This document shows, piece after piece, positions 16,268-20,000 of a stretch of DNA of 20,000 nucleotides. The notes beneath the pieces are model-generated. The model had not been told where the DNA came from. It did no database searches and saw nothing but the letters and a program-made list of their open reading frames with translations. How positions within the stretch are numbered: position 1 is the first letter of the stretch; every line of letters begins with the position of its first letter. The stretch is from the sequence record DRR723986_2433, one strand, 5' to 3'. Position numbers and translations under genes: made by a program.

Positions 16268-16283
16268 TGGCCTGTTTTTTGCA
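16268..16283 (+). promoter_or_regulatory. Sigma54 (-24/-12) promoter upstream of yeaG/prkA
   Basis: TGGCCTGTTTTTTGCA: GG (16269-16270), N10, GC (16281-16282), close to the consensus TGGCACG-N4-TTGCW. Confidence 0.72.
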
Positions 16284-16374
16284 ACTTTTTCGAGAGATGA
16301 AAGTGAACGCTTTGGGCGCGAAATAGGTTCACGGCCGAAGCAAAAGGCAAAGAAGCGTTGTGCAGGAGGACATC

Positions 16375-18339
16375 ATGAACACAGAGCTTGAACCGCGTGA
16401 TTTGAATTCCAGCGATTCTGACATTTTCGGTCAGTTTCAGTCTCGTTTTGCAGCTTTGCAGCAAACCGAGATGAGCCTCGAAGAATACCTCGATCTGTGC
16501 AAAGCCGACCCCCTCACATACGCCAGCGCGGCTGAGCGCATGCTGCATGCCATTGGCGAACCCGAAGTCATCAACACCCGTCACGATCCTCGTTTGTCTC
16601 GTATTTTCGCCAACCGGGTGGTGCGCCGTTATCCGTCGTTCAAAGAGTTCTACGGCATGGAGGAGGTGATTGAAAACATCGTCGCCTATTTCCGCCATGC
16701 TGCCCAGGGTCTTGAAGAACGCAAACAGGTGCTTTATCTGTTAGGCCCTGTGGGCAGTGCAAAATCTTCCTTGGCTGAACGCCTGAAAGCCTTGATGGAG
16801 CAGCAACCCATCTACGCCTTGAAAGGTTCGCCTATTAACGAATCTCCATTGGGTTTATTCGATCCAGCACAGTTTGGCGCCTCGCTTGAAGACAAGTATG
16901 GCATTCCTCGCCGTTATTTGACCGGGATTGCCAGCCCTTGGGCCACCAAGCGCCTGGCTGAATTTGGTGGCGATCTGCGCAAGTTCCGGGTGGTTCGCTT
17001 GATGCCGTCCACCTTGAATCAAATTGCCATTGCAAAAACCGAACCCGGCGACGAAAACAATCAGGATATTTCAGCACTGGTGGGCAAGGTCGACATTCGC
17101 ATGTTGAACCAGTTCAGCCAGGACGATCCCGATGCCTACAGTTTCAGTGGAGGCCTATGCCTGGCCAACCAGGGTTTGCTTGAATTTGTTGAAATGTTCA
17201 AGGCACCCATCAAAATGCTGCATCCCTTGCTCACCGCCACGCAAGAACGCAACTTCAAGGGCACAGAAGGTTTCGGTTCGATTCCTTTTGACGGCATTAT
17301 TTTGGCGCACAGCAACGAGTCGGAATGGCAACAGTTCCGCAACAACAAAACTAATGAAGCGTTTCTGGACCGCGTTTACATCGTGAAGGTGCCTTACTGC
17401 CTTCGTGTATCCGAAGAAGTGAAGATTTACGAGAAATTGTTGGAGAATTCTTCGCTGAACAAGGCACCATGCGCACCCGGAACGCTGAACATGATGGCGC
17501 AGTTCAGTGTACTGACTCGTTTGAAAGAGCCTGCCAACAGCAATCTGTTCAGCAAAATGCGTGTGTACGACGGTGAAAACCTGAAAGACGTCGACCCCCA
17601 TGCCAAGCCGATACAGGAGTATCGTGACCAGTCCGGACCCGACGAGGGTATGAATGGCTCATCCACCCGTTGGGCTTACAAAGTGCTGTCCAAAGTGTTC
17701 AACTTCGACCACCATGAGGTGGCAGCCAATCCAGTGCATTTGTTGTACGTGCTTGAACAACAAGTGATTAAAGACAACTTGCCCGAGGAGCAAACCCGCA
17801 AATACCTTGATTTCATCAAGAGCTACCTGACTCCCAAGTACGCTGAATTTGTCGCCAAGGAAATTCAGACCGCTTATTTGGAAAGCTACAGCGAGTATGG
17901 ACAAAACCTCTTCGAGCGTTACATACAGTTTGCTGACAAATGGATTCAGAACGAGGAGTTCCGTGACCCGGCCACTGGACAAATTTTCGATCGGGACTCG
18001 CTGAACGAAGAGCTGAATCGCATAGAAAAGCCCGCAGGCATCGCCAATCCGAAGGACTTCCGAAATGAGGTAGTCAACTTTGTATTGCGGGCTCAGGCCA
18101 GCAATTCCGGCACCATGCCCGCGTGGACCAGCTACGAAAAATTACGTGAAGTGATCGAGCGCAGTATGTTTTCGAAAACCGAGGATTTGCTGCCTGTTAT
18201 TTCTTTCGATCACAAAGGCTCGAAGGAAAGCCAGGAAAAGCACGAGAACTTTGTGGATCGAATGGTGGCCAAGGGCTACACCGAAAAACAGGTTCGTTTG
18301 TTGGTGGAATGGCATTTGCGCGTGAAAAAGGCGTCCTGA
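16375..18339 (+). CDS. yeaG: PrkA/YeaG family AAA+ serine protein kinase
   Basis: YASAAERML, EFYGMEE, AAQGLEERKQVLYLLGPVGSAKSS, KTEPGDENNQDIS, EFVEMFKAPIKMLHPLLTATQE and EKPAGIANPKDFRNE. SD AGGAGG before ATG 16375. Confidence 0.96.
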   Translation: MNTELEPRDLNSSDSDIFGQFQSRFAALQQTEMSLEEYLDLCKADPLTYASAAERMLHAIGEPEVINTRHDPRLSRIFANRVVRRYPSFKEFYGMEEVIENIVAYFRHAAQGLEERKQVLYLLGPVGSAKSSLAERLKALMEQQPIYALKGSPINESPLGLFDPAQFGASLEDKYGIPRRYLTGIASPWATKRLAEFGGDLRKFRVVRLMPSTLNQIAIAKTEPGDENNQDISALVGKVDIRMLNQFSQDDPDAYSFSGGLCLANQGLLEFVEMFKAPIKMLHPLLTATQERNFKGTEGFGSIPFDGIILAHSNESEWQQFRNNKTNEAFLDRVYIVKVPYCLRVSEEVKIYEKLLENSSLNKAPCAPGTLNMMAQFSVLTRLKEPANSNLFSKMRVYDGENLKDVDPHAKPIQEYRDQSGPDEGMNGSSTRWAYKVLSKVFNFDHHEVAANPVHLLYVLEQQVIKDNLPEEQTRKYLDFIKSYLTPKYAEFVAKEIQTAYLESYSEYGQNLFERYIQFADKWIQNEEFRDPATGQIFDRDSLNEELNRIEKPAGIANPKDFRNEVVNFVLRAQASNSGTMPAWTSYEKLREVIERSMFSKTEDLLPVISFDHKGSKESQEKHENFVDRMVAKGYTEKQVRLLVEWHLRVKKAS

Positions 18340-18366
18340 TCACGCAAAACGCATAGGGAGTTTGCC

Positions 18367-19623
18367 ATGGGCGATTCAACCATTATTGATCGCAGGCTCA
18401 ACGGCAAAAACAGAAGCTTGCCTAACCGCGAGCGCTTTATTCGGCGTTACAAAACGCAGCTGAAAAAAGCGGTCGCGGACGTGGCAGGTGAGTCGTCAAT
18501 TTCTGACGTCAGCGGCGATGGGCGTGTGAAAGTGCGTATTCCCACCCGCGAAGTGTCTGAACCGACCTTTATTTTTGGCCAGGGTGGTGATGTCGAGCAT
18601 GTAGTTCCAGGTAATCGCGATTTCGTTCCGGGCGACCGCATACCACGACCCGGTGGCGGTGGCGAAGGGCAGGGTGGTGGAAAGCCCGGCAAGGGCGAGG
18701 GTGAGGACGGATTCACCTTTGTGTTGTCCCGCGAAGAATTCCTGAATCTGTATTTCGACGATCTTGAATTGCCAGAACTGCTGAAACGGGAAATTTCATC
18801 GGTTAAGCGGATGAAAAGCCGAAATGCGGGTTACTCCCGCACGGGCGCACCTACCTCGCTATCGGTGCTTCGAACCATGAAGGCCTCGCTCATGCGTCGC
18901 GTCGCGCTCGAGCCCAGGGGCGATGATGAGGACGATGACGAGGACGAGAAAGGGCAGCTTGATCTTCTCGAGGATGTGAAGAAGAAGCCCTATGTGCCTT
19001 TTCTTGACGAAGTCGACCTGCGCTACCGCAACCGCGTTACCTACCCCGAGCCTTCCACCAACGCGGTGATTTTCTGCCTGATGGATGTCTCTGCTTCAAT
19101 GGATGAGGCCAAGAAAGACCTGGCCAAACGGTTTTACACACTGCTTTACCTGTTCCTCACTCGCAAGTACGAGGAAGTGAAGCTGGTTTTTATTCGTCAC
19201 ACCGATGAAGCGGAGGAGGTCAGCGAGGAAGACTTCTTCTATGGCAAAAAAAGTGGGGGTACGGAAATCATGCCCGCCATGGAGTTAATGCATCACATCA
19301 TCGAGACGCGCTATCCGGGCAGTGCGTGGAATGTTTACGTTGCACAAGCCTCGGATGGCGACGCAACCTCCCGTGATGCCCGGGCCAGCGCGGAGTACCT
19401 CTCTTCCAAAATCATGCCGCATGTGCGTTACTACGCTTACGTCGAAACCATGCCAACACCCATGTTCGGCATGGCCCGTGCGTCGGACCTATGGGAGAGT
19501 TTTGAGCGGCTCGAAGACAGCTTCGCCGGTCACTTTGCCATGCGCAAGTTGTTTAACCGTCGTGACATTTACCCCGTGTTTCGTGGTTTGTTTGAGAAGA
19601 AAGAAGTCGCCTTTGGGCGCTAG
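18367..19623 (+). CDS. yeaH: YeaH/YhbH (DUF444) family protein with a vWA-like domain
   Basis: IIDRRLNGKNRSLPNRERFIRR, PGNRDFVPGDRIPRP, DLELPEL, AVIFCLMDVSASM, KDLAKRFY, SGGT and YVAQASDGD. SD AGGGAG. Confidence 0.95.
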   Translation: MGDSTIIDRRLNGKNRSLPNRERFIRRYKTQLKKAVADVAGESSISDVSGDGRVKVRIPTREVSEPTFIFGQGGDVEHVVPGNRDFVPGDRIPRPGGGGEGQGGGKPGKGEGEDGFTFVLSREEFLNLYFDDLELPELLKREISSVKRMKSRNAGYSRTGAPTSLSVLRTMKASLMRRVALEPRGDDEDDDEDEKGQLDLLEDVKKKPYVPFLDEVDLRYRNRVTYPEPSTNAVIFCLMDVSASMDEAKKDLAKRFYTLLYLFLTRKYEEVKLVFIRHTDEAEEVSEEDFFYGKKSGGTEIMPAMELMHHIIETRYPGSAWNVYVAQASDGDATSRDARASAEYLSSKIMPHVRYYAYVETMPTPMFGMARASDLWESFERLEDSFAGHFAMRKLFNRRDIYPVFRGLFEKKEVAFGR

Positions 19624-19634
19624 GAGTAGCAACA

Positions 19635-20000
19635 ATGGCCCAGCAACTTGACCTTGCCGGCAATGAGTGGACATTTGATCTGCTGCGTGACATTGACACG
19701 CAGCTTCACGACATTGCAGCCAACAAATACAAACTTGACACCTTTCCCAATCAAATTGAAGTGATCAGTGCCGAGCAAATGCTGGATGCGTATTCCAGTG
19801 GTGCCATGCCCGTGATGTATCCACACTGGAGTTACGGCAAATCCTTTTCGGTCAATGAGCATCTCTATGAGACCGGGCAGCAAAACCTGGCCTACGAAGT
19901 GGTGATCAATTCCAACCCCTGCATTTCCTATCTCATGGAAGAGAACACCATGACCATGCAGACACTGGTGATTGCCCATGCCTGCTATGGACACAATTCC
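19635..20000 (+). CDS. ycgB: SpoVR/YcgB family protein (partial, runs off the right edge)
   Basis: Hand translation from ATG 19635 (SD AGGAG): MAQQLDLAGNEWTFDLL...LDTFPNQIEVISAEQMLDAYSSGAMPVMYPHWSYGK...LAYEVVINSNPCISYLMEENTMTMQTLVIAHACYGHNS. Third gene of the conserved yeaG-yeaH-spoVR triad. Not in the ORF track. Confidence 0.95.
   Translation, partial: MAQQLDLAGNEWTFDLLRDIDTQLHDIAANKYKLDTFPNQIEVISAEQMLDAYSSGAMPVMYPHWSYGKSFSVNEHLYETGQQNLAYEVVINSNPCISYLMEENTMTMQTLVIAHACYGHNS

Noticed and set aside
16303..16350. GTGAAC...GTTCAC inverted repeat and small hairpins in the yeaG leader as a riboswitch or ncRNA
   Set aside because: Only a 6-bp stem with an 18-nt loop and no recognisable riboswitch consensus.
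1..20000. Mobile elements, CRISPR arrays, tRNA/rRNA, defence or toxin systems
   Set aside because: No transposase or integrase motifs, repeat-spacer arrays, cloverleafs or obvious compositional island were seen. The window reads as core chromosome.

Overview
Ordinary bacterial chromosomal window, with GC a little above 50% by eye. The protein sequences, especially EttA, look betaproteobacterial (Burkholderiales-like); this taxonomy is inference. No mobile element, CRISPR array or RNA gene is visible. Left to right: (1) a complete System I cytochrome c maturation operon in the order ccmI(3' end)-ccmAB(fused)-ccmC-ccmD-ccmE-ccmF-ccmG-ccmH; (2) ettA and a rubredoxin-reductase-like FAD oxidoreductase on the minus strand; (3) a lipoprotein joining a BamE/SmpA-like domain to a Csd6/Pgp2-type NTF2-like domain; (4) a lipid-related group: saccharopine-dehydrogenase-like reductase and SRPBCC protein divergent from fadE, then an LplT-like MFS transporter whose acyltransferase-like C-terminal domain lacks the catalytic motifs; (5) yeaG(prkA)-yeaH-ycgB(spoVR) behind a sigma54-type promoter. 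I did not find a clear new multi-gene system. The most notable points are domain architectures (CcmA-CcmB fusion, CcmH without a signal peptide, BamE-NTF2 fusion, LplT-pseudo-acyltransferase) and a motif-rich divergent promoter before fadE. Family calls rest on motifs I recognise from memory; no searches were run.
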